Numbered from the stretch's first letter, positions 20,318-31,123 are shown. The stretch is DNA of 64,000 bases from Candidatus Heimdallarchaeota archaeon (GCA_019056785.1 DXJV01000068.1:32001-96000), one strand, 5' to 3'. The notes: generated by a model not told the origin, from the letters alone. Translations and numbers: made by a program.

Positions 20318-20686
20318 CTATCTCTTCTTAAGGCTTAGTGCTACAATGACTCCCAGGAATGTTAAGCCACTAAATGCTATTGGCAAGTATGTCGCTAGAA
20401 AGTTTATTTGCCCAACATAAGGATAAAATTCAATCTCAAGGTAGAGAGGATCTTGTTGGACGGCGGTAAAACCTTGGCCATTATCAATTTCAAAATAAAT
20501 CCCTGTGGCGATTTGAGCTACTTTCGTGTCAATACTCATATTATAGTGCCCATTATTATTGCTATATTTAGTTAACCAGATGTAGCCAAGATTACCATAA
20601 CTTTCTTGTTCTTCCGATGCCAATTGCTCATGATCCCAAAAATTCAATAATAAAGCATTGCAGGAATGGCCTATAGTATACAACAC
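20318..20686 (-). CDS. Hypothetical protein, probably a 5'-truncated remnant of a membrane-anchored surface protein
   Basis: C-terminal TM plus KKR but no signal peptide. Confidence 0.45.
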   Translation of the reverse strand: MLYTIGHSCNALLLNFWDHEQLASEEQESYGNLGYIWLTKYSNNNGHYNMSIDTKVAQIATGIYFEIDNGQGFTAVQQDPLYLEIEFYPYVGQINFLATYLPIAFSGLTFLGVIVALSLKKR

Positions 20687-20899
20687 TTCGGCGATGTTTT
20701 AAGTTTCTTCTTTAAAAGCTTAAGCAAAAACACCTTTTTCCCTCAAAAAGAAAGACAAGATCCGGCTCTTTCCTGGTTTACCTTTTTTTTTCAAGAAGTA
20801 CAAAACCCCTTACTTATCTATTTGCTTAACTTCCCAAAAGATAATAAAGGACAACTATTTATTTTGCATATTGATTAATTCCTTTCTTGGTGCTAAACC

Positions 20900-21781
20900 A
20901 TGGTCTCGCCGGATAATAGCATTAAGCGTGATGAGAATGATGGGGCTGACCAAAGAGCCCTGGCAATTGCTCTTGCTTCTGATCTATCTGACCGGCTGGA
21001 AATTGTGAGCGAGGAGTTTTTAAAGACCGAAAAAACTAAGATGGAAACAATCAACCTCTCCCATTGGTACAACGAAAAACGCGTCTTAGCTGGCATTAGT
21101 TTGCCTATTTTTAAGAATAAAGTTACCGCTATTATCGGCCCCTCAGGGTGTGGCAAGTCAACTTTTCTTCGCGACTTGAACCGTATGAATGACATTATCC
21201 CCACTGCCCGTATTTCGGGGGAAGTTTTATTGGATGGGCAAAATATCTATGACAATAAAATAGATGTTGTTTCCCTCCGAAAAAGAGTTGGCATGGTTTT
21301 TCAAAGACCAAACCCTTTTCCTATGTCTATTGAGAATAATGTCGCCTATGGTCCATATATCCATGGTGCACAACCTGAGGAGTTAGCAGCTATCGTTGAA
21401 AGCACCCTACGAAAAGCTGCTCTTTGGGAGGAGGTTCGCGACCGTTTACAGGACAATGCTTTATCCCTTTCGGGAGGACAGCAACAAAGGCTCTGTATTG
21501 CCCGTGCTTTGTCTGTTGAACCAGAAGTTATTTTATTTGATGAACCCTGTAGTGCTCTTGACCCGCATGCAACGGCGAAAATAGAAGACCTTATTACTAA
21601 TTTGAAAAAAGATTACACTGTGGTCATCGTTACCCATAATATGCAGCAGGCCGCCCGAGTGTCTGATTACACAACTTTCTTTAATTTTGGTGAGCTGATT
21701 GAATTTAATACAACGAGGAAGATCTTCAAGTCACCAGAACGAAAGATGACGGAAGAATATATTTCCGGGCGTTTTGGCTAA
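20900..21781 (+). CDS. pstB: Phosphate ABC transporter ATPase (copy 1)
   Basis: [41 protein letters not shown]. Confidence 0.96.
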   Translation: MVSPDNSIKRDENDGADQRALAIALASDLSDRLEIVSEEFLKTEKTKMETINLSHWYNEKRVLAGISLPIFKNKVTAIIGPSGCGKSTFLRDLNRMNDIIPTARISGEVLLDGQNIYDNKIDVVSLRKRVGMVFQRPNPFPMSIENNVAYGPYIHGAQPEELAAIVESTLRKAALWEEVRDRLQDNALSLSGGQQQRLCIARALSVEPEVILFDEPCSALDPHATAKIEDLITNLKKDYTVVIVTHNMQQAARVSDYTTFFNFGELIEFNTTRKIFKSPERKMTEEYISGRFG

Positions 21782-21798
21782 TAAAGTGGTGGAACCTC

Positions 21799-22674
21799 TT
21801 GAATATTGTGAATAAAAAACTCTTAGCGAAGGAAACCAAGGAGGAGGACATTGTACCAGTTGATATGCGCGCTTTATTCAAAGATGAAACTGAAATTATT
21901 CCTGAAAAGCTTGTGAAAAAATATGAAATCCGAATGGCTGTCAAGAAACTGAGCCATTGGTATGGAAATAATCATGTTCTCTCCGGCATTTCGCTCCCCA
22001 TTTTCAAAAATAAAGTCACTGCTATTATTGGCCCCTCAGGCTGCGGAAAATCAACATTCCTTCGCGACTTGAACCGAATGAATGACCTTATCAAGATTTC
22101 GAGAGTTCGTGGAAAGGTCTATCTCGATGGCATTAACATTTATAGTGAAGGTATTGATCTAATCCAATTACGAAAGAAAATTGGCATGGTCTTCCAAAAA
22201 CCCAACCCCTTTCCCATGTCCATTCGTGATAATATTACCTATGGCCCCATTATTCATGGAATAAATAAGGCTTATCTTCCAGGGCTTATTAAAAGCTATT
22301 TAGTAAAAGCTGCTCTTTGGGATGAAGTTCATGACCGCTTATCTGAGAGTGCTTTCTCACTTTCGGGAGGGCAACAACAAAGATTATGCATTGCACGAGC
22401 TTTGTCAATCGAGCCGGAAGTTATCTTATTTGATGAACCCTGTAGCGCTCTCGACCCACATGCAACGGCAAAAATAGAGGATTTAATTACGAAATTGAAA
22501 GCCGAGTACACCGTGGTAATTGTCACTCATAACATGCAACAAGCGGCCCGGGTATCTGATTTCACGGCTTTCTTCAATTTGGGTGAGCTAATAGAATTTA
22601 ACTCTACCAGAGATCTCTTTCGAAGCCCCATAAGAAAAATAACAGAGGAATATATTTCCGGGCGTTTTGGCTAG
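21799..22674 (+). CDS. pstB: Phosphate ABC transporter ATPase (copy 2)
   Basis: Same PstB motifs; different N-terminal extension. Confidence 0.96.
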   Translation: MNIVNKKLLAKETKEEDIVPVDMRALFKDETEIIPEKLVKKYEIRMAVKKLSHWYGNNHVLSGISLPIFKNKVTAIIGPSGCGKSTFLRDLNRMNDLIKISRVRGKVYLDGINIYSEGIDLIQLRKKIGMVFQKPNPFPMSIRDNITYGPIIHGINKAYLPGLIKSYLVKAALWDEVHDRLSESAFSLSGGQQQRLCIARALSIEPEVILFDEPCSALDPHATAKIEDLITKLKAEYTVVIVTHNMQQAARVSDFTAFFNLGELIEFNSTRDLFRSPIRKITEEYISGRFG

Positions 22675-22689
22675 ATAGTTTTAAAATAA

Positions 22690-23406
22690 TTGCTGACTAA
22701 AAATAATGATAATAAATTGGTGAAAATATTGAATGAAACACGAAAAAGCTTTGGTGGTACTATTCGTTTCAAAGAACTGATGGATGAACTCAATAGTTAC
22801 CTTGGAAAGCTGACCGATTTAGTTATTGAAATGATAGAAAAAGGACATAAAGCACTCATTGAAGATGATGAGGGCTTATTTAAGAAAATTGAGGAAAACC
22901 TTTGCAAGGTTCATGAGCTTTCTTATCAAGTAGAAGACAGCGTCCAAAGCAGTTTGGCACTTCACCAACCGTTTGCAAGTGACCTTCGGTATATCTTATC
23001 AACTTTGAAAATCACCAACGAAATTCACCGCTCAGCACACGATGCAGTTCACATTGCCAATAGTACCACCTATGTTGATATTGCATTAAATAAGGAACTT
23101 ATCAAACGTGTGGTTGAATTAGCTAAGCGCGCGTCTCTAATGTTTGAGAAGAGCATTGATGCTTTTCGCCACCGGAAAGAACTTGATATTACGGAATGGA
23201 AAAAATTGGATGATCGCGTGGATTCACTCCACGCCAAACTTATCGATGACATCATCGCAAAAATCCAAAAAGAACCTTCTTGGGCACGAGCAGGTATGAG
23301 TCTTGTTTTGGCAACCAGATATATCGAACGGATAGCCGACCACGCCTGTAATATTGTCGAAGAAAGTATTTTTGTGGTGACAAGTAAACGCGTTAAAATC
23401 GAATGA
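22690..23406 (+). CDS. phoU: Phosphate uptake regulator PhoU
   Basis: HQPFASDLR, RYIERIADHACNI motifs. Confidence 0.93.
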   Translation: MLTKNNDNKLVKILNETRKSFGGTIRFKELMDELNSYLGKLTDLVIEMIEKGHKALIEDDEGLFKKIEENLCKVHELSYQVEDSVQSSLALHQPFASDLRYILSTLKITNEIHRSAHDAVHIANSTTYVDIALNKELIKRVVELAKRASLMFEKSIDAFRHRKELDITEWKKLDDRVDSLHAKLIDDIIAKIQKEPSWARAGMSLVLATRYIERIADHACNIVEESIFVVTSKRVKIE

Positions 23407-23484
23407 ATCACTCTTGGAGTCTATCCAGGAAACCATACACAAAATTATTATGTAAAAAACCAATCAACAGAACACAAAAAAATC

Positions 23485-24423
23485 GTGACAAAAATTGGTG
23501 AGAAAAAAATGTCCTTTGGTCGTCCTTCCAAACAAACCGTCTGGATTTTAATTGCATTAATACCGATAGCTGCTAGCTCGGGCTTCTTTCTGGGCTGGGC
23601 ACTCTATGGGGGTCATGGTGGTTTTGCAACCGTCACGCTTGAAATAAAAGGTTCAACAACGGTGGAACCAATTTGTCTTGCGACAGCGCCCATATTTGAA
23701 GCGACGCACCCAGGAATTCAGATTGGCATTTCTGCCGCAGGTTCAGGCACAGGCATTTCAGCTGTAATAGATGGAACCGCAGACATTGGAATGTCTTCTC
23801 GGCAAGTCAAAACCGAAGAAAATATCACGGCACACGAAGAAACTAATTTGTGGTTACGCTCCTTTCCGATCGCAAAAGATGCACTGGTAGTTATAACAAA
23901 TGCTGCAACAACAATCACACCTTTCGATATGAATCTCACGCTACTTCGAATGATCTTCAATGGCACCATCAGCAGTTGGGATCATCCTTCATTAGCCGGC
24001 CACGGTTTAACAGGAGCCATCCAAGTTATCGCCAGAGAATCAACCTCAGGAACACGCACAGCCTTCGATGAAATGGTCATGGGAGATGATGATTATGCAT
24101 CTGACTTCCAAGAAAAGGTTTCAAATCAAGAAGTACATGATGAAATTGCCAGCAATCCTCAAGCAATAGGCTATATTGGACTTGCATACATGAGCCCTAG
24201 TGTAAAAGATGTCCTCATTGATGGCATTAATGCTTCTAAAGAACATGTTCGGGATGGTAGTTATGAGCTTTCCCGGAGCCTTTTTCTGGTGACTCTTGGC
24301 ATCCCTAATGTTGATTCGCTCATCTGGGAATATGTACAATGGCATTTGAGTCCAACAGCTCAAAATTATGTTGAAGAACTTGGCTATATTGCTGTTCAAG
24401 CTAAGAGAGATGATTTTATTTAG
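23485..24423 (+). CDS. pstS: Phosphate-binding protein PstS
   Basis: KGSTTV, GSGTG, DIGMSSR, RESTSGT motifs; N-terminal TM anchor; true start may be ATG 23509. Confidence 0.94.
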   Translation: MTKIGEKKMSFGRPSKQTVWILIALIPIAASSGFFLGWALYGGHGGFATVTLEIKGSTTVEPICLATAPIFEATHPGIQIGISAAGSGTGISAVIDGTADIGMSSRQVKTEENITAHEETNLWLRSFPIAKDALVVITNAATTITPFDMNLTLLRMIFNGTISSWDHPSLAGHGLTGAIQVIARESTSGTRTAFDEMVMGDDDYASDFQEKVSNQEVHDEIASNPQAIGYIGLAYMSPSVKDVLIDGINASKEHVRDGSYELSRSLFLVTLGIPNVDSLIWEYVQWHLSPTAQNYVEELGYIAVQAKRDDFI

Positions 24424-24461
24424 ACGAGGAGGCGATAAACATATCTGAACCTCAAGACAAG

Positions 24462-25439
24462 TTGTCGGCTACCAAAAAAGAACTGGACGAAGCAAAAATG
24501 TCAGAACAACAACAAACCAGTGACGACTTAGCAAGCGATGAAGAAACCATTATCGCTATTGGAAAACAAAAAATCAGTTTTCAACATGTTGTTCTACTTC
24601 TTGCGGCAAGTTTGTCGGTGATTATTGTTGTTTTGGTGTTTATTTTCACTGTTCTCGAGGGATATAGGATCATCCCGGAATATGGTTTTATTGATTTTTT
24701 GTTTGGGCATGAATGGGACAGTCCACATGAGCAATATGGCATTCTTCCCATGATTGTTGGCACCATTCTTGTCGTTCTTATCGCTGCAGTAATAGCAATT
24801 CCTGTTGGTACAATGGCAGCAATGTATCTTTCAGAGATCGCCCCTGAAATCGTCCGGAAAATTATGAAGCCAATTATTGAGATATTAGCAAGCATCCCTT
24901 CGATAATCTATGGATTTATAGGTTGGCGAACGTTGGTATTATTTTTACAAAACCAATTGGGGTTCAAGTCTGGAAGGACGGCATTCACAGCTGGGGTCGT
25001 GCTTTCAATAATGATACTTCCAACAATAATTACTATCGCCGATGATTCCCTTAAGGCAGTTCCTCGAGCGTATCGTGAAGGCTCGTTTGCTCTAGGCGCT
25101 ACCAATTGGCAGACCATCCGTAAAGTCGTCTTGCCAGCCTCGAGTTCAGGCTTGACTGCAGCGTACATTCTTGGCTTTGGGAGAGCCATTGGAGAAACAA
25201 TGGCAGTATATTTTCTGGCAGGTGGAGGCAAGAATCTACAATGGAACATTTTCAGAGGTGTTGATACTTTGACTTCTTTGATTTTGAAACAACTGCCAGA
25301 AGCATCTATTGGAAGCGTAGAATACCATGCCATCTTTGGTGCCGCATGTGTCCTTTTTCTCATAACATTTTGTGTTAATCTCATAGGCGACTTGCTTATC
25401 AGACGTTTCTCTAAAAAATTCAGAGGTGCAAGTAAATGA
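24462..25439 (+). CDS. pstC: Phosphate ABC permease PstC
   Basis: LASIPSIIYG, GRAIGETMAV motifs. Confidence 0.95.
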   Translation: MSATKKELDEAKMSEQQQTSDDLASDEETIIAIGKQKISFQHVVLLLAASLSVIIVVLVFIFTVLEGYRIIPEYGFIDFLFGHEWDSPHEQYGILPMIVGTILVVLIAAVIAIPVGTMAAMYLSEIAPEIVRKIMKPIIEILASIPSIIYGFIGWRTLVLFLQNQLGFKSGRTAFTAGVVLSIMILPTIITIADDSLKAVPRAYREGSFALGATNWQTIRKVVLPASSSGLTAAYILGFGRAIGETMAVYFLAGGGKNLQWNIFRGVDTLTSLILKQLPEASIGSVEYHAIFGAACVLFLITFCVNLIGDLLIRRFSKKFRGASK

Positions 25440-26368
25440 CTAAGGAAAAATCTGACAACTCCCTAACTGAAAAGGATGTTTCTTTCGATGACTTGCCGAA
25501 GAGGAAGCGTTTGCTTAATCCTAAACAGTCACAAAAAATCGGCTATAGCATGCTGCTTTCTTCAATCATTTTTATCGTCATTGTGTTGGGAGTTTTTCTT
25601 GGCTATATTATTATCAACGGTTTGAAAAGCATTAATTTCAAATTCATTTTCTCGAGTTATAATCCAACAGTAGGGCGTTATGGTTTATTCCCATCCATTA
25701 TGGGTACCTTTTTACTCATTATTGGCTCAATTGCTATCGCAGCGCCCCTTGGTTTGCTTGCTGCGATTTATCTTACAGAATATACTAAGGGAGGCATAAT
25801 TGTTTCTATAATTGACCAAGGCATTAATAATCTCGCAGGCGTACCTTCTGTGGTCATTGGTGTTTTTGGTTATGCATTATTTAGTGTTTATCTTAAGATG
25901 GGTTCATCTATGATTGCTGCTTGGCTGACGCTTGCTTGTATGCTCTTACCAACAATTATTAGAACATCCCAGGAAGCACTTCGAAGTGTGCCTCGTACAT
26001 ATCGGGAAGGTAGCTTTGCTCTTGGTGCAACCAAATGGCGAACAATTCGGTATGTTGTTCTTCCCCCTGCTTTGCCAGGGATAACAACTGGTATAATCCT
26101 TTCCCTAGGGCGTGCAGCTGGCGAGACTGCAGCGGTACTCTTCGTTGGTTCTGGCGTTTTTTTCAACAGATTTTTTAATGGTTTTAGTGGAACGTTCATG
26201 AACTTGCCCAATTTCCTATTAACACTTTACCGCTCAGCTGGGGGGTGGGAACAAGTGGGGGATGTAATGTGGCTAACAGCATTTGTTTTGATTTTAATTG
26301 TCTTCTCCTTCAATGCAGTGGCAATTGTTATAAGAAATCGTTCGGAAAAGCAACGCGGCAGCTATTAA
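25436..26368 (+). CDS. pstA: Phosphate ABC permease PstA
   Basis: LAGVPSVVIG, GRAAGETA motifs; ATGA overlap with pstC. Confidence 0.95.
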   Translation: MTKEKSDNSLTEKDVSFDDLPKRKRLLNPKQSQKIGYSMLLSSIIFIVIVLGVFLGYIIINGLKSINFKFIFSSYNPTVGRYGLFPSIMGTFLLIIGSIAIAAPLGLLAAIYLTEYTKGGIIVSIIDQGINNLAGVPSVVIGVFGYALFSVYLKMGSSMIAAWLTLACMLLPTIIRTSQEALRSVPRTYREGSFALGATKWRTIRYVVLPPALPGITTGIILSLGRAAGETAAVLFVGSGVFFNRFFNGFSGTFMNLPNFLLTLYRSAGGWEQVGDVMWLTAFVLILIVFSFNAVAIVIRNRSEKQRGSY

Positions 26369-26412
26369 ACCTTCGCGGCAATCTCGAGAGAAAAAAAAAG
26401 AGAAAAGTGGAA

Positions 26413-27648
26413 TTAAATCCCGTTAGGGCTAACTCCAATGGGATTACTCGAGACACAAAATTCTATGCAATAGCGACAGTTTCCAGCATCCCAGTAATTC
26501 CACCACCACCAACCATTATTAGCAAAGTCGAGCATGGAATTTGCCCACCAGTTAAATGGTGAAAGTTGGTCATCAGAATCCGGCCACGAATCATCCTCCC
26601 AAGCTTGCGTGTTAATCTTTAAGGGGTGCGTTTTGGGGATGAGAACATATGCCATTGTCTTTTTCCAGTAGATATATCCTGCGCCATCACGTTTCACTAT
26701 ACCATAGAAATCTTCAGTCACATAGCCGGACCCACCGTAACCGTCACCGACATACCATTTCATGTACATTTCGCCTGCCCCTTTTGGCCAGGGGTCAGAA
26801 TCGATTTCATAATAAACGCCAACAAGGTTAATTTTCACATAATAACAATCGTTTGGATCCCAATCGCTTGTCTCAACAACATAAGTGTCACTATCTTCAT
26901 AGAGGTCTGAGGGGGAGACACCATAGGCTGTTTCCCAGGACCAGTTATCACCATCAGGATCTAGGTCAATGCCAAACAAGTCTTTGTATGCAGCCCAAGC
27001 AAGTTCAGAACAATACCAACCATCAACACCAGAAAGACTATTTGTGCCATCAATTTGCTTTGAGGTCCAACCCCAATCATAGACTGGTCCAACAGGATAA
27101 CCATCAAGACCGCCATCGAGTTTAGATTTGCACCAGTCAACTGCTTGTTGTCTTTGAGCGTTAGTTAGCCCCGCAACACGGATTGCAACTGCTATCTCAG
27201 CATGCTCATTCACGCCTTCAAGCCACGTCGAATAGCCCAAACCATTTCCGGCATTGTCACTTTTAGTCGAATGGATAACATATGGTGTTCCGACAGGCAT
27301 CCAACAATGCTGATCTCTATCCCAAATTTGCTCGCCCGGCTGAACGAAGCCAGCAAAAATTTCCGTGTGTGAAAACTCACCAGGGATCAAATAATCGAAA
27401 AATGATCCTGCTGTTCCAAGCAAGATAATATCTCCCGGTACCAACCCATTATATAATAAGCTGTTTTTCCCATCATCAGCAAATTTAAGGTCAGCTTGGG
27501 CCCCCTCTGTACTTTGAGTTGATAGCCTAACTAAATTGCCCGGCATGGGAATTTGATTGATATTAATGGAAAGCGGGATTATCAAAAGGATCATTCCACT
27601 CAAAAATAGGAATAAGAATATTGATCGTTTTTTATCTCCTATCATCAA
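26413..27648 (-). CDS. Secreted permuted papain-like NlpC/P60 (YaeF/YiiX-like) enzyme with C-terminal beta-sandwich domain
   Basis: Signal/TM, PGDIIL...FSHTEIF (His), YCSELAWAAY (Cys), VSPSDL; His-before-Cys order marks the permuted family. Confidence 0.85.
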   Translation of the reverse strand: MMIGDKKRSIFLFLFLSGMILLIIPLSININQIPMPGNLVRLSTQSTEGAQADLKFADDGKNSLLYNGLVPGDIILLGTAGSFFDYLIPGEFSHTEIFAGFVQPGEQIWDRDQHCWMPVGTPYVIHSTKSDNAGNGLGYSTWLEGVNEHAEIAVAIRVAGLTNAQRQQAVDWCKSKLDGGLDGYPVGPVYDWGWTSKQIDGTNSLSGVDGWYCSELAWAAYKDLFGIDLDPDGDNWSWETAYGVSPSDLYEDSDTYVVETSDWDPNDCYYVKINLVGVYYEIDSDPWPKGAGEMYMKWYVGDGYGGSGYVTEDFYGIVKRDGAGYIYWKKTMAYVLIPKTHPLKINTQAWEDDSWPDSDDQLSPFNWWANSMLDFANNGWWWWNYWDAGNCRYCIEFCVSSNPIGVSPNGI

Positions 27649-27710
27649 AAACCTTCCTTAGAGTTAATTGCAAAGCTATATCTGTAAAAGAACCTTAAAG
27701 GGTTCCACTT

Positions 27711-27791
27711 TTTTACGTAAAAGAAAACAACCTTTTTATTTTATTAATCCCAGCGTTTACAACCATTCTTAGTTTTGGAATAGGAAAAATT
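27711..27791 (+). promoter_or_regulatory. Conserved cassette leader, copy B
   Basis: Near-identical to the reverse complement of 17332-17410. Confidence 0.9.
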
Positions 27792-27804
27792 GTGAGTTGG
27801 AAAA

Positions 27805-28335
27805 ATGAATCGTAGAAAGAAAGTTGTTTTAACGGCATTAGTTTTAAGCATTATGACATTGGCAGGTCTGGGGGCACTGAGGACTATTTCAGACACCATC
27901 ACTTTAAAGAAAATCAGAGTTTACGTTTATTCCATAGATATTTATGACGACTTCCGGACAGGAAGCTATGAACTATTGCTTAGCTTCAAGTTTATGCGTC
28001 ATTTTGGCGATTTTGGCGGGCATCTTATTAATAACGATGACCAATATCCTAAAACAAACACCTACTTTGAAAGTTGTGAAACCTTCGATGGCGGAGTTGA
28101 AGAGATAAAATATTGTTATGAATACTTTGATTACAGCTATTGTAAACCATTAGGCAAGGCAAATGGCATCGTTCTGGTAACTTTTCGTGTAAAGAAAAAT
28201 GTCTTTAGCCATGAAGATCTCGTTTGGGGCTTAGGTGGGCTAGATGATACTTATGGCGTATACTACGAGAAAACCCTCTATTTTAAAAAATATAATGGAG
28301 GATTAATAATAAAGTATATGTTTTTAGAGGTATAA
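27805..28335 (+). CDS. Small secreted protein (cassette B cargo)
   Basis: Basic N-terminus plus hydrophobic signal, Tyr/Phe-rich mature region, 176 aa. Confidence 0.8.
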   Translation: MNRRKKVVLTALVLSIMTLAGLGALRTISDTITLKKIRVYVYSIDIYDDFRTGSYELLLSFKFMRHFGDFGGHLINNDDQYPKTNTYFESCETFDGGVEEIKYCYEYFDYSYCKPLGKANGIVLVTFRVKKNVFSHEDLVWGLGGLDDTYGVYYEKTLYFKKYNGGLIIKYMFLEV

Positions 28336-28413
28336 AGTGAAAAATAACCCCCCCTCTTTTCCTTTTTTATAAAAAGAGAAGGATGGTAGAAAAGAAATTG
28401 TGAGGTGTAATAA

Positions 28414-31122
28414 ATGGAGTTTATTTATAGATTATTTGCACGTAGAAAATATCTACTGAGGAGTTTCTTTATTATAAGTTTGCTTGTGTTTGCCTCATTA
28501 ACTGTTACATTCTTACCCCAAATAGTTAACCCACATATCCTTAGAAAATACTTAAATGATTTTGTTGTTGGGCATTCAACTGTAGCTCAAAACACCACGA
28601 CAGCAGACTATGACTTTAGATTTTTGATCCATTCAAACACACCTTCTTTTCTCAATAATATGAACAGCATCGCTGAAAAGGTTTCACAAAAGGTTTATGG
28701 CATGTATCAGGTTGATGAAATAATTTTCTTCACATATTTTTCATTAGCAATTCTTAATATTTCGAATTCTGATTCTTTCTTAATTGGTGTTTCAACAGAA
28801 TTTTATCAAGCACTCACCAACTCTTGTTTATATCCTCATACTCCCGGCGCCATTTTGCTTTCACAATTTCAGAATGATTCACTTGGTACTTATCAGGTAT
28901 CACTTCTTGGGATAGATGCCACACTCAATGTTACAAATAAGATTCTAGCAAGTAACTTTACTACTGCGTTCCCTAATTTTGAGCACTTTCTTCGTGATTA
29001 TTTGCTGTCCATGCGATTACCAGATCGACTTTTTTTTATGCCAATTAACGAATTGATAATACAATATGATATACTTATACAAAGTATTTGCAGCACTTGT
29101 TATTCTCTGCAAGGATATATCCTTTTCACCCAGAATCAGAAAGACATTATTTGCTGGTCAAGGGATTCTTTAAAGATGGTTAAGCAATTTGAAACCTTAT
29201 TTATGAATGAACTCAAAGTAGTTAGTACTATTACTTTTTTTTCCATGAGCCATAACGTTTACATCGAAGAGAATATCATCTCAAAAACTGCTTATGCTTT
29301 TATCAGCACAATTCAGTTGATAGTTTGGACTATCTCAATTATTTTATGTTTGCTAACGATAAAGAAACTTCAGAGTTGTAATTTCAAACATGAACTTCGA
29401 ATATTGTTCGCCGGCAAACGTTGGCATCAACGCCTTTCATATCACCTCCTAGAAAGCTTGATGCTAAGCTTCGCTAGTGTTCTTGTTGCTTCTGCTTTTC
29501 TTTTCCCTTTTCTAAAAGCTCTAATGCTTTTTCAAATGTCTTTTTCTTTTTCGACTACGTTCCTGCTTCATCTCTGTCTGATTCATACTTTTGTTTTCTT
29601 TAGTATATTCAGTGTTTTCATAGATTTTGAGTTCTTTTTACATAGGAATATAGAACATTATTCTGAAAAAATCGAATATCGACTCTTTGCTAAAATTCCT
29701 AGGCCAATTAAGTGGTTGATCCCTTTCATAGCTGTGCTAATTTTTTGGTCCATCCGAACAGACTGCCTTGCTTTGCTTATGTATGTGTCCTTTGTAGTTA
29801 TTTCCTTCTTTGTAGGTTTACTGACTGCCTTGTTTGCGCGGATAATGCTATCTCTTGGGATGCGACATTATTATAAAAAGAAGGAACGTTTGGATAATCC
29901 ACTTAGCTCAAAATTTATCTTATTAAAGCTTTGGCACAAACGTTTGAAAACTAAGCTATTTACTCATACTTTTGTTTTGGTATTAGTTTGTTCGGCTTTT
30001 CTCTTCATGAATTATTCCGCAGATGCAAAACGAAGTGAATATTTATGGTGGATGGGGGCGGAAATAGGGGTTAATGTTCCCGCAGAAAATACTTCTGCCA
30101 TAACTAATGCTTTGGATGGCATCCCCAAAATAATCGATTTTACCCCGAAAATTATTTTCAACCGATACTCTAAAGGAGATGAAGTTTTTAGTTATAGATT
30201 TAATGGGTCGACAATAATAGAAGTTAGCAGCAGCTACATGGGGGAACGCATTGATGGAATAGTTGGGCTTAATTTTTCGGATTATTTTCAATTTTATAAT
30301 GATTGGAATAAAAAAGGGTGGTTGAAGGATGGTGAGCTAAAAGGATTTGATGAACAGACAATTTTTGTTTCTCAAGCAATTCATGCTATGGGGATTAAGG
30401 TTGGTGACACTGTTTCCTTTTATAACAGCTCCTATAATTTTACCGTCAAGGGGATAATAGGCGCCTGGCCTTCAATAACAGATCAATATGGAACAATAAG
30501 CTCGTCTAAGCAACTCTTTATTATTGACTTGGGTTTTCTTCAAGGATTTCTAAAGGCGAGTAACATATCCTACAACATTCATTATAAGGTCCATACTGCT
30601 GAGAGAGACATTCAGACTGTGGTGGATATTTTATCTGGAATTACCACTATATCAATTAATGAGTTGGAATATTTAAATTTGGAAGTGTTTGTAGGGATAC
30701 GAAAGATCTTCTTAAATCCGATGATTATTTTAGCTCAATTATTGCTCTTTTTATGGGGTGGTTTATTCCTATATGAGAATTTTGAACGGGATACTTTAAA
30801 CTCAAAAATTAAACAATTAGGCATTATTGCCCTCATAAAAGACAATAAACGCCCTCTTTCTTGGTATCTGTTTTTCGAAGGAAGTTTACTTTACCTTGCC
30901 TTCTTTTTTGTTTTTGTAGTGATGTTTGCGATTACCTTTAGCTTCTTGCAAGGCTTTGGTGTGCTTTATAATATGAAAACGATTGTAATTTCCCGCTATA
31001 CTATCTACAATTCGATTTTCTTGCTCATCTATTATCTTGGGTTGTTAATTTTTCAACCTTTGATTGAATATCGCAAATTAAAAGAGCTAAATCTAAGCTT
31101 GCTATATCGACATTCGGAATAG
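28414..31122 (+). CDS. FtsX/MacB-like ABC permease, doubled architecture (cassette B)
   Basis: Two extracellular loops with TM bundles, MGAEI and GIKVGDTV...VKGII motifs; followed by two ATPases. Confidence 0.8.
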   Translation: MEFIYRLFARRKYLLRSFFIISLLVFASLTVTFLPQIVNPHILRKYLNDFVVGHSTVAQNTTTADYDFRFLIHSNTPSFLNNMNSIAEKVSQKVYGMYQVDEIIFFTYFSLAILNISNSDSFLIGVSTEFYQALTNSCLYPHTPGAILLSQFQNDSLGTYQVSLLGIDATLNVTNKILASNFTTAFPNFEHFLRDYLLSMRLPDRLFFMPINELIIQYDILIQSICSTCYSLQGYILFTQNQKDIICWSRDSLKMVKQFETLFMNELKVVSTITFFSMSHNVYIEENIISKTAYAFISTIQLIVWTISIILCLLTIKKLQSCNFKHELRILFAGKRWHQRLSYHLLESLMLSFASVLVASAFLFPFLKALMLFQMSFSFSTTFLLHLCLIHTFVFFSIFSVFIDFEFFLHRNIEHYSEKIEYRLFAKIPRPIKWLIPFIAVLIFWSIRTDCLALLMYVSFVVISFFVGLLTALFARIMLSLGMRHYYKKKERLDNPLSSKFILLKLWHKRLKTKLFTHTFVLVLVCSAFLFMNYSADAKRSEYLWWMGAEIGVNVPAENTSAITNALDGIPKIIDFTPKIIFNRYSKGDEVFSYRFNGSTIIEVSSSYMGERIDGIVGLNFSDYFQFYNDWNKKGWLKDGELKGFDEQTIFVSQAIHAMGIKVGDTVSFYNSSYNFTVKGIIGAWPSITDQYGTISSSKQLFIIDLGFLQGFLKASNISYNIHYKVHTAERDIQTVVDILSGITTISINELEYLNLEVFVGIRKIFLNPMIILAQLLLFLWGGLFLYENFERDTLNSKIKQLGIIALIKDNKRPLSWYLFFEGSLLYLAFFFVFVVMFAITFSFLQGFGVLYNMKTIVISRYTIYNSIFLLIYYLGLLIFQPLIEYRKLKELNLSLLYRHSE

Positions 31123-31123
31123 G

